This document shows, one piece after another, positions 14,536 through 29,200 of a stretch of 64,000 nt of DNA (position 1 is the first letter of the stretch; every line of letters starts with the position of its first letter). The DNA lies in NCBI GenBank assembly GCA_965207375.1, contig CBDBMG010000002.1, positions 288,001-352,000 on the forward strand, in the 5' to 3' direction. Position numbers and translations under genes: made by a program. This stretch comes from Nitrosopumilaceae archaeon. Lineage in GTDB: Archaea; Thermoproteota; Nitrososphaeria; Nitrososphaerales; Nitrosopumilaceae. The notes beneath the pieces are model-generated. The model saw nothing but the letters and a program-made list of their open reading frames with translations. It did no database searches and had not been told where the DNA came from.

Positions 14536-17000
14536 GGACACAGGTAGCATGAATACAACATAGACTATAATACTTTGTCATACGTAGTAGTGGATACGTG
14601 TAAAGTCCATGACCGTGTGGATAATAATACTATCAATTTACACTTTCACCGTGCATAATTTTATAATAATTTCAGCGGTCTCATAGTTGCAATAAATAGT
14701 AACAATAAATTGCAATCATTTTCCACCTGCACTGTTAGATGTTAACCTGGCCAAAGATTTTTGATCAGCCATCCCTGGCTCACTGGATCATTTTTACATT
14801 ACTGCTATAAGAGTACTCTGACGGATCATCCACGTTGATAACTAGAGTCACCAAATGGTGATCAGTGATGAACGTCACATATGTAACTGTGACTACTTGA
14901 ACTGTATAAATTATACTAAACATACTGTATATACGTATGTATATATAGTGCAACTTTTATGGGGAAACATAGACAGATTTGATGCTATGCTAGCAATCCA
15001 CTCCCCTTCAATAATTTCCGGTGGTACAGCTAACGCAGTGCTGTCAGCCTATCAAATTTCTCAACAAAGTGCATCCATCAATATTTCACCTCTAATTATT
15101 GTGCCATATGATATGCAAAAGACTTTACTTTGTTAGAGGAGCAGCAGAGACATACTCAGGTATTGTATCACACCATCTCTGTTGATGAGTCACATGATGT
15201 ACCAATGGATTGCATGGTCCACATATGTAATTATAGGTAGGGATGCCACGGTATGAAGTTTTATGTCATATGTCATGGAGAATTATGTCACGACATGTCA
15301 TAATTACATCATTTCACAACACTTTTTATGCATATAATTTAAATATTTTTGCTTCAGTCTGCAAAAATATTGACATTATCATAAATCATATTAAAAATTT
15401 TAACGACATTAACAACAACATTGCTCTCATTTTTTCTCCTGCTGGCCTTTTATAACATCATAATGAGTACTTTTAAGGGTCACAACATATCATATCGTAG
15501 AATTCTGTCACGACATGTCGTACATATGTCACAACTATCGCGGCATCCCAAGATTGAGGTTTAACCCAATGACAGTCTATTGCATGGCGATGGTCACATG
15601 AAAATCAAGTGGTGACCTTGTCATCATTACCCTGCTCGGTGATAGCATTGGTGGACACACTAATAATGTGTACCATATAACGGGTAACTTTCGAATGACT
15701 TAATTTACAAAAATTACGGGCTGTTTTCAAAATTAACTTTGTAACGTGAAGCTTAATACGTAGTTAATTCTTGCTAAACAAAAATGCTTGGCAAGAGTTA
15801 TGTTCTTAATCATTTAAAAATGATCAGTTATACGGTATTGTACGTATTCATTAAGGACTCAATTATTATACTATACATATGAAAAAAATTGAATCTACTC
15901 TTAGTAGTAGTTATTTGATATTATGGTCACCACGGTTGTTGTTTTTTCTGTTTTCAGAAAGTCGTTGTGTAAGTTGCAATTTGTAGTAGTGGTAGCAGTG
16001 GCAGTTACAGTAGCAGCAGCAGCGGTGGCGGCGGCGGCAGCAGTAATTGAGATTTTACATCATTCTGTAAGGCAAAAAGGTGACAATCCAATAGTCAACA
16101 AATAACTTTTATACAGCACATATCACACAAGGCAGCTACAAATGCATTCAATTAGTTTATTACTTTGTAAAAAACCAAATACATGGCATCACACAATTGT
16201 GCATGGATTTACACAAAAACTACATATTAAACATTAAACATGACTATAATGCTACTATGGTAATGATTGGTTTTGAAAAAGCCGACCACCACTCCATACC
16301 CATGCCATTTAACTAACACTTCATGGGTGTACTGATGCCCAATCTGCTTTCCTTGAGACTTCTTTCTGTGGCCTGTCAGACGTCCATGATGGTCTTTGAA
16401 TGGCTCTGCTGACGCTTTCAAAGAATCCAGCTGACTTGCTCTGCATGGAATTCGGGATTATCAAATCCCGTGAGATGTACATATTTCATAAATTGGCCTC
16501 TGCAACAACCCCACCGATAGAGGGTTTAAAGATACAATAGCGACAACTGAGGAGTGACGTGTATAGTGGAGAGCACCACAGCAGCCCCCCCGTTGGGATT
16601 GTAGTTACTTAGTACATTAACAGCAGCTTAATACTGCATCTTCTCCGTGTATTATGCACAACAACAGAATGAAAACAAAAATGCTCTTTAATTAGAGTAA
16701 ATACAAAATATCTAGTCAACAAACCTTTAAAAAACTTCCCCCGTTATTCAAGAGTGCTACCATTAGTGATTTCATCTAGAAACAAGTGTATTTTATAATA
16801 AACGTGGCTCAATATCGATACCGTGCGTTATAAAGAATCAATACACGCAAAAATATTGTTCTATAAAAGTATCCTTACCTTTGTGAGAAGATTAGCACCG
16901 GCAACCCAATACTTGGAATGCAGTAAGTCACAAGTATATATATTTATAAAATTAGGCAATTGGAATTCACGAATTCCAAATTCTCATTGTCCTGAAGTCC

Positions 17001-17051
17001 AAACAGTAAAGTAAATAGGCGCGCGCGAAGCGCCTATTTACTTTACTGTTT
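17001..17051. repeat. Perfect hairpin with 22-bp arms and a gcgcgaa loop
   Basis: aaacagtaaagtaaataggcgc / gcgcctatttactttactgttt. Confidence 0.95.
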
Positions 17052-17757
17052 ATATACTAGGATTTAGAGTGGCGGGAAAATACACGGATCGTAGAATCCC
17101 CTTTACAACCTTATCAACTAGCTATCTTGAGATCATACATTGATCCTTTACATGACTGTACAGATTTTGGAGTAGGTCCGCTGTATCTCGCCACTTGAGA
17201 AGTTATTGTAGCACACTCATCAACATCAGATAGTAACTGACAAACTAGCTACCCTCTTAAACACCCATGAATATTTTTTGACAAAACTGATTGTGCATTG
17301 TATATGTTATTTATAGTGCCATTATAGCTATGATCTGCATGTTCGCAGTACATTTATATGATATACGTATAAGTATGCGTATTGTTAAAAGTGAATATGT
17401 AGGGGGCTTTGTATCAATTGTATATACGTATGTTACCATATAGTATGTGTTACTGTGCCCATTATTATAATATTGTGTTTCTACTGCTATGAATCCACAG
17501 TATTGTGTTGTTTTGTGTCTGTAGACTTATATTGAGCCGGATCTGACACAGATTTAATAATATTTTAGTATATAAGCTTCCTGAATAGAGAGAAAACTCA
17601 AGTTGTGGTCCATGAACTCAGGCAAGAAAAGTAACTAGCAGCAGAGTTGGTTTCTGATCACTATTGGAATATAATAGCTAGATAGCTAGCTATACCTATA
17701 GCTATATACATACCCACACACTGTTAAACTATAATGATGTCATGATGTAACTATCGT

Positions 17758-17970
17758 GTCAGCTATCTGTCACAATGCAAAAACCATTGTGTCCAGGGCC
17801 CACCACCGAGGAGGTTGCTGACTACGGCCCCCGCCGCCACCATCCCCTCCTCCACCACTATCATCATATCATCGTCGTCATCATCACCATCATCGTCGTC
17901 GTCGTCATCATCGTCGTCGTCGTCGTCATCATCATCGTCGTCGTCATCATCATCATCATCGTCATCATCA
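17758..17970 (+). repeat. GC-rich ~110-bp module plus (CAT/CGT)n tract; left member of an inverted pair
   Basis: gtcagctat..cacaatgc..cattgtgtccagggcccaccaccg.. matches the reverse complement of ~31490-31596. Confidence 0.9.
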
Positions 17971-18356
17971 AACCTACACTACATAGCTAAAATGGAGAAG
18001 AAAACAACCAAAAAACATGGTTATATAATTCCTCTACTTATCCCATAATGTGTCTGCATCAATGCTGACAGCAGACTCCATCCTACATGTAAAGAAGTAA
18101 ATTCTATTTTATCACCATTATAACCTCAAGGGCAGAAGACATAGGGGGGAGCAGAGCCCCTCCACTTTGACAGGAGGGGGGCTAAGCCCCAAAGAAATTA
18201 ATGTTTTAAAATAATGATTTTATAATTACTGATCTACTCTAACAGAACATTCTCATTCTAATAGAGCAATCAGTGGAGCTGTCTTTAAATTTGACAAACC
18301 CAGGCAATTATAAGAGTAAAAATTAGCATATCATTGTGAACATTTTGTTCCACATA

Positions 18357-18973
18357 TGTGACTGTATCTGCAAAAACCAGCCTAGTTCGCACTAAAATTT
18401 AAATTCATTTTTTTGGCCCAGCGCATAGCTATACTCAATAGCTACCCAAACACCATGTCTCCTATGGCCAGACTCAAGTGGTCTGCTTTTCTAAGGGGAG
18501 GTTTTGCAGCCTTGTAAGGCCATGACCGACACATTGGCACCTGTGGAGCGCACCAATTGGGCATTATCGGCCTGGAATTCTACCCTTGACCGGAATGATG
18601 TCCCTTCGGCCTGGTTGTATGGTCAGGACCATCTGTGGGCAACTGGTCACCTCGTGTCTTCACCTGGGGGTTTTTGCCACCTCCCTTCCCCACCCGCCCC
18701 TCCCTCTCCTCCCACCCGCCCACCCCCTTGTAACACTGGGCTAAAATTGATGCACACCTTTGAAAAAATCGTCTGAAAAGGCCTAAAATCAAGCAAGGAA
18801 CAACTTCAAAGGTAAACTGTATTTTATTCAATAGATTACTAAGTCCAGTTCTGTTAAACAAAAGCAGCCTAGTACGAGCAAAAGCTGGTAATTTTTAATT
18901 AAAATCTTTAAACAAGTGTTTCTCTAATTACTACCAGGTGCGAACTAGGCCGGTTTTTGCAGAGACGGTCACA
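18357..18973. mobile_element. MITE with TGTGAC...GTCACA termini flanked by TA
   Basis: ~35-bp imperfect TIR (tgtgactgtatctgcaaaaaccagcctagttcgcac). Confidence 0.8.
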
Positions 18974-20319
18974 TATACAAACATTTTACTATTACCCCCT
19001 GTATCTGCACCCTGGTAGCTACCCTACTTCTGTTCAACAATTTCTTACTAGTAGTTAGAGTAGCAGTCAAGGGAGTTGAATTTTGTAGTTCGTATTGTAG
19101 CTAGTGACTGTGTAAGTAGTCATTTATGATTGTCAAAACCTACAAATATCACAAAATAGGTTAAGAGGCCTTACATAACTACGTAGTAGTACTGATAACA
19201 TGTACCATTGCTTACATTTCCTGTGCCCATCACTCTAAATATCCACTTAGTTAAATCATTCTTCCACTTGAGTGTAAATCATTTAAATTGTGAATCTGGA
19301 ACAATTACCACGGCTCCATACATATAAACAATGACATATTAAACACAATTACCTCAACAACATACACTTATTATACAAACACTCTAATAAAACAATCACG
19401 GTGTACGTATACAGCAAAACATTCGACAGGGATCACAGTTAGAATAGAAAATAAACATTCATGGGAAACTTTCGTGGTAGCAGCTCCTTATAACGACGAG
19501 TACATAATCTAGTAAATTTTGTTTGACATAAAACATTCGTGGTCGAGTAAAAAATTGCAGCAAACTGCAAAGGTTTTCCCTCCCAAATGTTTTACCATAT
19601 ACGCTGTAAATAGCATTGGAAAATGTTTAAGTAATCTCCAAAAATGACAAAGAGAATTGTATACCCGAGTAGCTGCTGCATGTTTTTGATATTTAATCAG
19701 TAGGTTGTGGCTATTGACACCGGATTTCGGTAGCAGCAAGTGCCATCACAAGACTATTGACAACCGATCAGGATCATGTGACTGAATTTTTAGTGGCATT
19801 TATAAATTATCTCAATGAAGATGCAAGCAACAGTATCTACGTATGATGGGTCACGCAGCTGAAATCTACAAAGCAAGCACTATCATACAAGGTCGTTGAC
19901 ACCGAACAGATCATAATACTTGTTCATGTCTTAGCACCCACATAGAGCGAGCTATATAAGCTTAGCTTTAGTATGTACATCTATTACCACATAGCTACAC
20001 CACACTCTCGCTATAAATAATATTCACTCAGTCCTGATCATGAATTACTTCATAGGTCGTTAACTCCCTTGGTCTCCAATGATGCAAGACTTACAAAAAC
20101 ACTGTAGTATACCTGCACATAGCTTCTTTCCCTTCTGTATGTGCCTTCCAAATGTCTATGCTTGTGCCTTCATTCAGATATGAATGCCATTAAAAATATT
20201 CAATAGTCACGTGTTCTTGGTCAGTGTCAATAGTATTGTGATGGCCACCGAAATTTGGTGTTAATATCCATGACCTAATCAATATGCATATGGCTACCTT
20301 AAGACAGAATTCTTTACCA

Positions 20320-21690
20320 TCAATCATAGGTGTAGTTGCCAGTGGTCTATGAGATTTTGCTCACTCCTCCTTCTCTTGATTGGATAATTCATTGGCTACC
20401 TTATACCAAAATTCTTCATCTTGTTTACAGTTGTCAAAGGTATTAATCTATCAAAAAGACAAAAATCAACTTGGTTTTCAAAAGCATTTCTTACTTTGGG
20501 TGTGATTGCTAGTGATCTGTGGGAGTTTGATTTCTCTTCCTTCTCCTTCTCCAAACACGATAAATATTTGGCTACCTCATCCCAAAATTCTTCATCTTCT
20601 TTACAGTTGTCAAAGTCATTAACCTATCAAATAATTATGATGAAATATATGTATGTATGTAGCTAGCTACCATTAGTTTTCAAAAATAAAATTACTTTGG
20701 GTGTGGTTGCCAGTGGATCGTGGCAGTTAGCCTGCTCCTGCTCCTCCTCTTCATGGTGGGACATTTCTTTTACATCATTGTGCCAGAATTCTTCATTCTC
20801 TTTGCAATTGTCATTCTATTGGAAATGACAACTATAGTATTGATCTTGCATGTGCTCAAACATTTGTAATATCTGCTTCTTACTACTTTGTAACAAATGC
20901 AAGATGAGAAACATACCTGTTCCTCCTGTTCTAGATGGGACAATTGCATTGCAGCAGTATCCCAGAATTCTTTATCTTTCTTGAAGTCATCATCAAATAA
21001 ATTATGGATGCTCATCTATTGAAAAATGTAGTATATAGCTACATCACAACTATATAGCCATGCAGTTGTTGTTATTGCTACTACAGCGATAATGATGCAA
21101 TTTGTAAGCAAGGGTTATTTATAGGATCACAGATACCTGAAGTTCTAAAGGTTCATCTTCCAGTCTCTCTGTTTCTTTACCATGTTTAAAAAGTTCCAAT
21201 ATTTGGTATCCTTCTCTCTTCCGCACCAGCCCCTCCTGCAGGACACACCATACATGCATGGCATGAAGTAGCAGACAAACGTAATATCCCAAAAAGCACT
21301 TGTAGCTAGCTAGCTGGCTACAATAAAATATTGTCATTATCATTACCTTAAACTGCAATGTGTTCTTCACTGAAATGATTGGCTGTTGATCTGCAGGTGT
21401 CAATGACAGTATGTAAAGCCACATTCACTTTTCTCATCTCTGCCCGCACCACTATTTTCATAGCCAGAGGACAGTAGGATGAGCAGAAATTAATAAATTT
21501 ATGTGAAACTGAAATAATTCAGTTTAACAGCCGCGGCGGCGCACTATCGATATGATAAAGCTTAAGTAAATGTACCTGTTACTGGTGATTTGTCATTCCA
21601 CGTTACTTCACATCCATTGTCGTCACTTTGTTCAGAGCTAACAAATCGTGAGGTGACCTTTCCTTTAGTCAGTGTTGAAACATATTTCAT
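20320..21690 (-). CDS. Putative multi-exon gene or pseudogene with four tandem acidic (D/N)(E/K)EFW exons
   Basis: GT/AG-bounded segments at about 21576-21690, 21137-21235, 20917-21015, 20696-20815, 20494-20622 and 20320-20447; exon phases not fully resolved; one in-frame stop in the last repeat. Confidence 0.5.
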
Positions 21691-22100
21691 ACGTCGCGTC
21701 ATACGTACATTTGAGCGACACAATTAATTAACTTTTTATTTGCTTTGATTCTCCTGTTCTTGTCTTCCTTTTCCTGAATTTCCTCCACTTCGGCATTGTA
21801 GATCGAGCAACCCCTCGGAGCAACCAAAAACCTAATGGCAACGGATATCTGTCACAGTTTGAAACCAGAGCTCCGAGTTTGTTTCATGACATGCCTGGAC
21901 ACATTGTATTTGTATATCCGGATATATCCGTAATATTGTGCTATAAAATGTCAAAGTTAAACTTTATCATGCAATTCTGTTCAATGAAAACCTATGCTCG
22001 ATGTGTGTTTGCGTTTCTTAAGTTTTCTGAAGGGAAATCTTTGCTGTTAATAAGCGTTATTCTCGCCCGGTTGTTCTGCAACTTCTTCCGCGAGTAAGTT
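21530..22100. promoter_or_regulatory. CpG-rich region between the divergent genes; candidate bidirectional promoter
   Basis: Locally raised CpG content; splice-donor-like sites on the + strand downstream (gagtaagt ~22092, caggtaat ~22336, taggtatgt ~22463) suggest a spliced RepHel 5'UTR. Confidence 0.35.
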
Positions 22101-22525
22101 TAGTTTTAAATTTGTTTACTTGCAATTTATTTTTACTTTACAGGGATAAACTTAGTAAAGTTGCTGCTGACGAGTAGCCTTAATTTATTTACTCTATCTA
22201 CTGGCAACAAAGGCAATACTAGTACTGCGTTTGTTGGTAAGAATATTGCTGATTATTGTATACATGCGTGTACCTGTATTTGACCTTTTATTAAGGAAAC
22301 TCATCATCGTTTGTACCGTCTTACTGAAGACTAATCAGGTAATACTTCTTTTGCATTATTGTAATTATTATACCAGCCTGATATATATACATATTTTATA
22401 TATACCATTGTTCCCTTTAGATTCAACTTGTCATCAATTAACGGTTGCTTTACTGAACAGATTAGGTATGTACTTTTTTGTTTGTAATGTGAATGTATGA
22501 TGTGTATTGTGTGACTAGTCTAGCC

Positions 22526-22878
22526 TAGGCCTCAGTCAAATATGCTCAAAAATTTGCCCAAAATGCTTTTGGGAATTTCCCAAAAATTTCCCCTATTATG
22601 CTTAGACTTCTTCCTATTATGCTCGATTATGCTAACAGTAATTATAGCTGTGAGATATGTATATACACATAATTTATATAATTAGCTCTATTAACTAAGT
22701 ATACAGCTTTCAGTTAGTTCCTTAACTACACTGCTGTCACAAGGCGTGCCATCTTGAAACAGTTTACTAAAAATTACGATTTATTCCAGGATACTACCCC
22801 AAAATGCCAGCATTATGCTAGCATAGCAGGTCAGCCTATTATGCTTTAAATTATGCCGGCATATTTGACTGAGGCCTA
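22526..22878. mobile_element. hAT MITE
   Basis: TIR taggcctcagtcaaatatgc; 8-bp TSD gtctagcc on both sides. Confidence 0.92.
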
Positions 22879-23267
22879 GTCTAGCCCATGGCTGTGGGTT
22901 TGTAATATTAGTATAAAGTATATAAATGTGGTTGTCTCTGTTAGCTTGCTGCATGTATACTATACTATAAGAAATAAATCGTGTTTTGTGAGTCCATGCG
23001 TAATTTGTTTTTAAGTATGATACCTGCAAGGTTGTGCGTGTCAGATAGTTAATTATTGCGTGTAACATGCGAGGCTTATGTTTATTACACGCATGTTGCA
23101 TTTAGCTTGTGGGTAGTTTATACCATAGGTTTACTTACGAAGTAATCTTTTTTGTTCATGTACCACATCAAATATACATAGCTATTTGTTATATTTTATG
23201 TGTATACATGTACTTGTTTACATTTTTACTGATACATTGACAACATTTATAGCTTTACAATACAAAA

Positions 23268-26200
23268 TGATCTCAAAACAACGTAAGCGTCGTTACTATC
23301 GCAAAAAAATCTACCAGATGAAACAAACTGAAGAATCTCAAGACAGTAACATGATCAATGATGATCAAAATACTAACAAAGTTGATACTCAAGATTGTAA
23401 CATGAGCAGTGATGACCAAGATAATGACAAAGTCAATGATGCTCAAGATAATAATGAAAAACGTCGTTAGAACAACAGGAAAGATGAAACTAATTTAAAA
23501 CGACGCCAATCTTATCTTGTAAACCCTGCTGGTATTCGCCATAGGGTCAAAGAATCATACCATAAAAATCCTACTCCAAAAAGACAAAGAATGAAACAAG
23601 CATACACCAGCAATCCATCTCCTATTCGTCACAGAGTTAGGGAAGCATACAAGAAGAATCCGTCTCCTGTACGTAGGAGGGTAAAGCATGCCTATAGCCA
23701 ACATGCAAAACCTGTTAAGAAACGAGTTAGGGACTCTTATCAGTCTAACCCTTCACCAATACGAAAACGTGCTCGTCTTTCATATGCTGCAAATCCTTCA
23801 CCCATCAAGAAGAGAGTGTTAAGAAGGTATCGTGATCATCCCTCTCCATTTAAGGAGCGTTCAAAACAAGTTTACCATTCCAACGTAACTGCTAGTAGAT
23901 CTCTACGACGTAAGCGATATTCTGAAGATCCTTTCCCTGCTTTGAAAAGGTCTCAACTATATTACAGACAACATCAAAATGAAGTGCTAAAGAGATCTAT
24001 GCATCGCAGACATGCAACTTCAGCTGCACTTGCTATTTGGAATAAATATGACTGAATTTTCCATAGAAAATTTGGTCAATATGGTACATACAAAGAATAT
24101 GTTGAAAAGGTCCTTAGAAAGCTTGGATTGCGAAACAAAGCTACCAATAAGCTGAAAGCTCAACTGTTAGTACGGTCATGTCTGCAACAGCTCAGCCTTT
24201 ACAAGCATAGATTTATGACATCTTTTGACAGGTTACAGAACATGGTTAAAGCTTCAGTCAGTAAAGCTACTGAAGTGGCTACTACAGATCTGGAGGTGTT
24301 AGACATATTCTGTGGTGGGAGTCTGCATACAAGCAACACAGAGTTGTATAATTGTGGACCATGTTACAACCCTGAAGCTTTTAGAGAAGACGGAATATTG
24401 GATTTGGAGAAATTTCCAAGTACCGAAATTAACTATGTTGGAGACAAATGCGTTGCAACTTGGGAATGCTGTTTAGATCCACCTCTTTGTAAGCTTGATA
24501 CTGCAGTAATATTAACCAAGTTACGCTCAATATATTCAAGCATTATCGATTGTTCTGCCAATGCCACTCGCAAATATATGAAACATATGGATGACTGTTC
24601 AAGTAGCAAATTAAGGGACAAATCTTTACAGGGTCATCCACTCGAGTGTTATTTATCTTCACCTCCATGTGCCTCAGAGTTGCTGTACCTATGCATTTTA
24701 GCACCACATTTCCCTGCTATCCGCCGTATTGTTATGACTATATATGAAGTGCGGAGGTATGACCGTAGAATAACTGAAATAGAATATGCTTTGCGGTATG
24801 GTCACTTGGATAAAATATTAGAAATTGTAAAGGAAGCCTGGACTATTCGAATGAGACTATATGATGTTTCAGCTGAGGTTTTAAATGAAAAGAGCATCTA
24901 TGAAACTTACAATAAAGCTTTCTCAAAGTTTAATAAAAGGTGTGAAGATGTAGCCAAATATCCTTGCATTTCATGTGATAAGCTATGCTTTCTGAGAGAA
25001 TGTTCACGTGTAGGTCATTTAAAGGTAGTTCCATCCAACAGACACTGGAAGGATCTTTTGGAATTCAATGAAACTAGGCCTGATTTCGACGACACTCTTC
25101 TGAATGATCATATATGTGACTATTGCATTGAATATTTTAGATCAGATAGACTGCCACCGCGATGTATTTTAAATGGATTGGATTTTGGTGGTACTGTCCC
25201 AGAAGAAATTAAACTTTTAAATACTTACGAGAGGGTACTTATACAGAGAGCAAAGTGTTTTCAAACTGTTACCAGGATGGGTACGGTTGCCAAGAGACAT
25301 TTACCATCTACTCACAGGATTCGGAAGATCCGTGGTACTACATTCCATCTGCCATTGCCTTTGCAAGAAACATTGAAGAGATTGCCAGAACCACATCAAC
25401 CTCTGGCAGATACTAGTGAATTATATATTCTACTGCGTAGCATCCCAACTAAGGCAAATGTAATATGGCAAGATTTGGTTGATGTTCACAAGGTATACCG
25501 TGCTTTGCAAAAGCTGAAAGAAATTAACCATCTCTATTTTGCAATTGTAATGCCGGGACAACCTCATGAACTTCAGTTGGAAATGCAAATTGAAGAATTT
25601 TCTGCTACATCTGAGGATGCTATGATCCAACAAATTGCTGAACATGAAGAGGCTGCTTTGTATGAGCAATACACCATTAATGCACTTCATGCACCCAGAC
25701 AAAATGAGAAAGCCACTGCTCTTTATCAATTGCTTAAGGTTAATGAAGCTCCTCTTGACAGCCGCACCAAGTATTTGGATATGCTTTGTTTTCCAGATTT
25801 GTATCCACATGGCATAGGAGGCCAGACAAGTCACAGAGAAGTACCACTAAACCCGGCTGAGTATGTCAAATGTATTCTGATGTCCCGTGATTCACGATTT
25901 CGATTGAATCAACAGTTCATTTTTTATTTGTTACACCAAGCCACCTTGCGACAGATAGCTAGCGGGATATATCATAAGCTTAAAGTAACCCGTCCTAAAG
26001 AAAAGCTCACTGCTGCACGGTGTCTGCAGTTACTGTCCAGGGATGAATTGGAGGGAAACCTTACAACAATATTTTCACGACTACGTAACACTGAACAGTA
26101 TTGGATCTGCCCTCGCAATGATTTAAATTGCATGATGTTTCATTACAGACCTGCTACTTGGTTCATCACTCTGAGCCCGGGTGAATGGCTTTGGGAAGAC

Positions 26201-29200
26201 CTTGGTGCCTACTTGCGTGAGCTAAATCCTGAAATGAGTGATTCGACTATCAGTGAATTAGTGGTTGCATATCCAGTTTCCACATCTAGGTTTATCGACA
26301 ACAAATTTAAAGCTGTACTGGAGTTTCTTTTGTTCCACAAAGTTCCTGTTGAGAAACGTCCCTTGGGTAATGTTATTCACTACTGTGTTAGACGTGAATA
26401 CCAGGGAAGGGGACTTCAACATTTTCATCTACAATTGTGGATAGAAGGTGCTCCACTCATAGGTGAAAGAACAACAGACGAGGACGAGATATGTACATTC
26501 ATTGCAAAATATGCTACTTGTCAAATCCCTGACCCAACATTGTGTCCTACACTCTATGAACGTGTCATGAGGTTTCAGCAACACAAGTGTAATGATTATT
26601 GTTTACGAAGTAAAAAAATAAAAACTGGCTTCAAGAAAGCATGTCGATTTGGCTTTCCAAGACCTCAGCGTGAAAAAATGCATCTCCGCAGTGTTGTGGA
26701 AGCTGTGGCAGGTAGGAAGTGTTTAAAGGCTAATTCCCGTCTGTATGATCTTCCTCGCAAAAGTAATGCAATAAGAATAAATGATTACAACCCTGCCATT
26801 TTGCTTGCCTGGGAAGGTAACATGGACATCCAGTACATTGGAGAGAATTCAGCTATTCTGAACTGGTATTGCACCAAGTACACAACCAAAGCAGAAAAAA
26901 GTCACTGTATACAGGTGTTTGATGACATTACCTCCACCAAATCACTAGCCAGTAGATTATGGAATGTTGCACTTAGGAGCCTTTCTCACAGAGAATGTGG
27001 AGCACTTGAAGCTGCTGACACACTCTTAGGAATCTCTCTGTTCAGCACTGATAAAAATACTACCATTCGATGGGTTGATGTTAACATGGTGCGCAGTAGA
27101 AAATTGAAAGATAGAGCAACAATTGAAGCTCTAGATGATGAATCCTCAGACATTTTCTTTCCTTCGTGGGTTGACAGCTATTATCCTAACAGGGCTGAAG
27201 AACTTGTAGGCATGCATCTGTATGATTTCTTGGCTTGGCAAGTCTGGGAGCGAAAAGAGCCAAGTAAAAACACTATGTACTATCCATTCATGGGTGGTTT
27301 CTTGAAAAAGAGGGACCGCCCATATCTGCTTAATCACTACAAATACAGTGTCAGTGAAGAACCAGAGAAATACTACTACTCATTATTGCTTCTTTTCAAA
27401 CCATGGAGGGACTGTGAAAGTCTATTGGGTGGTTGTGAAACGTATGCTGAAGCATTTCATTCCTTCACAGCTGAATCTACAGATGCTGTAAATTACCACA
27501 ATCACTTACAGCAATACCAAGGCAAAGACAAGACCATTAGGATGGAAATAGACAAGTGTCGTACTCAGATGGAGATTGAAGAACAAAATTCCAACAAAGA
27601 GGCACATGAAAATGATCCATTACTGCATGGGGTTTCAGAGGCTAAGGAAGCTATGGCAGATTTTGAAGCTGCTTTGATAGATCATGACGACACATGTTAA
27701 TGCAATGATAGAAAATTTAAATGAAGATCAGTTGAGGGTATTTGACACAGTTAGAAACAGTGTGCACACCCAGTGCCTGACATCACAAGCTGACAATGCA
27801 GAGCCATTGCGAATGTTCATCAGTGGATGTGGTGGTACTGGCAAGAGTTATCTAATTAAGACAATCAAAGCATGGGTTTGCTCAGCAACTGACAAACATG
27901 TTGCAGTCACTACTCCAACAGGAATTGCTGCATTCAACATAAACGGCCTAACCATTCATCGGTTATTGCAGTTACCTGTGGAGCATGGCAAAACTCCACA
28001 GTATCGTCCACTATCAGATAACAGCCTCAAAATTGTTAGGCAACGCCTGCATAATTTGATATTGCTCATAATAGATGAGATCTCAATGGTTAGTCATGTT
28101 ACTTTGCTATATATACATCTCCGATTGACTGAGATATTTCAAACAGAAGAAATGGAAAATGGTTGGTTCGGTTGCAAAAATATACTGGTGTTTGGTGATT
28201 TGTTACAGTTACCACCTGTATTTGAAAGTCCAGTGTACATTCCACTGACATCTACCATTGTTAACAAACACACTAGTTCTGTAGGAGGTGCTGATATCTG
28301 GAGCCGATTGTTCAGCTATGATGAACTTACTATCAACATGAAACAGAAGGAACACGGTGAATTTATTGAACTACTTGGTAGGGTTCGGTTAGGTGCACTT
28401 TCAGCGAGTGATATCAAAATATTGTCAAATTGTAAGATACCGCTTAGGAGTGACACAGTGAACGGACGCATGAAGGAAATCGTGTCCAAGCTTGCAGAGC
28501 TACCAGAGGACACAGTATGTCTATTGCCAACTAGACATATGTGTGAACAGATCAATGCAGAGGTGCTGAAGGGTCTTACTGGTAAACAGTATAGTATTGT
28601 TGCAGAAGACAGTGTAGACTGTTCAGCAACCCTTTTGCAGAAAGTTAAACAAAAACTAGCAAAATATTCAGAAGACTCCACTCACACTGCCGGTCTAGAG
28701 AATATGATTACTATAAAAGTAGGCTGTAAAGTTATGCTACGACGCAACATAGATGTCACTTTGGGATTGGTTAATGGAGCAATTGGAACGATTCGCAATG
28801 TTCAACGGTGCATTGATCATGCAAACAAGATGGATACTGTAACCATCATGTTCAGTAACAATCAAGAGCATCACTTGAAAAGGGTCACTACTAAGTTTGA
28901 GGTGTTTGACAAGGTATATGTCATTCGCTCTCAGTTTCCTATAACCACTGCATATGCCATAACAATACACAAGAGCCAAGGGCTCATACTCAACCATGTT
29001 TTAACAGACATCGGCAACACTATCTTCACCTGTGGTCAAGCTTATGTAGCTCTTTCAAGAGTTAAAAGTATTGAAGGCCTGCACCTAATCAACTTTGATC
29101 CTAGATCTATCAAGGCATTGGATTCAGCAATTTTAGAGTATAATCAGCTTAGAAAAGATTTCAGGTCTAACATGCAACCATTTGTTCTCCCTAAACGACG

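Noticed and set aside
17775-18048. Poly-Ser/Ile/His ORFs (also 31446-31658)
   Set aside because: Trinucleotide tracts of the inverted module
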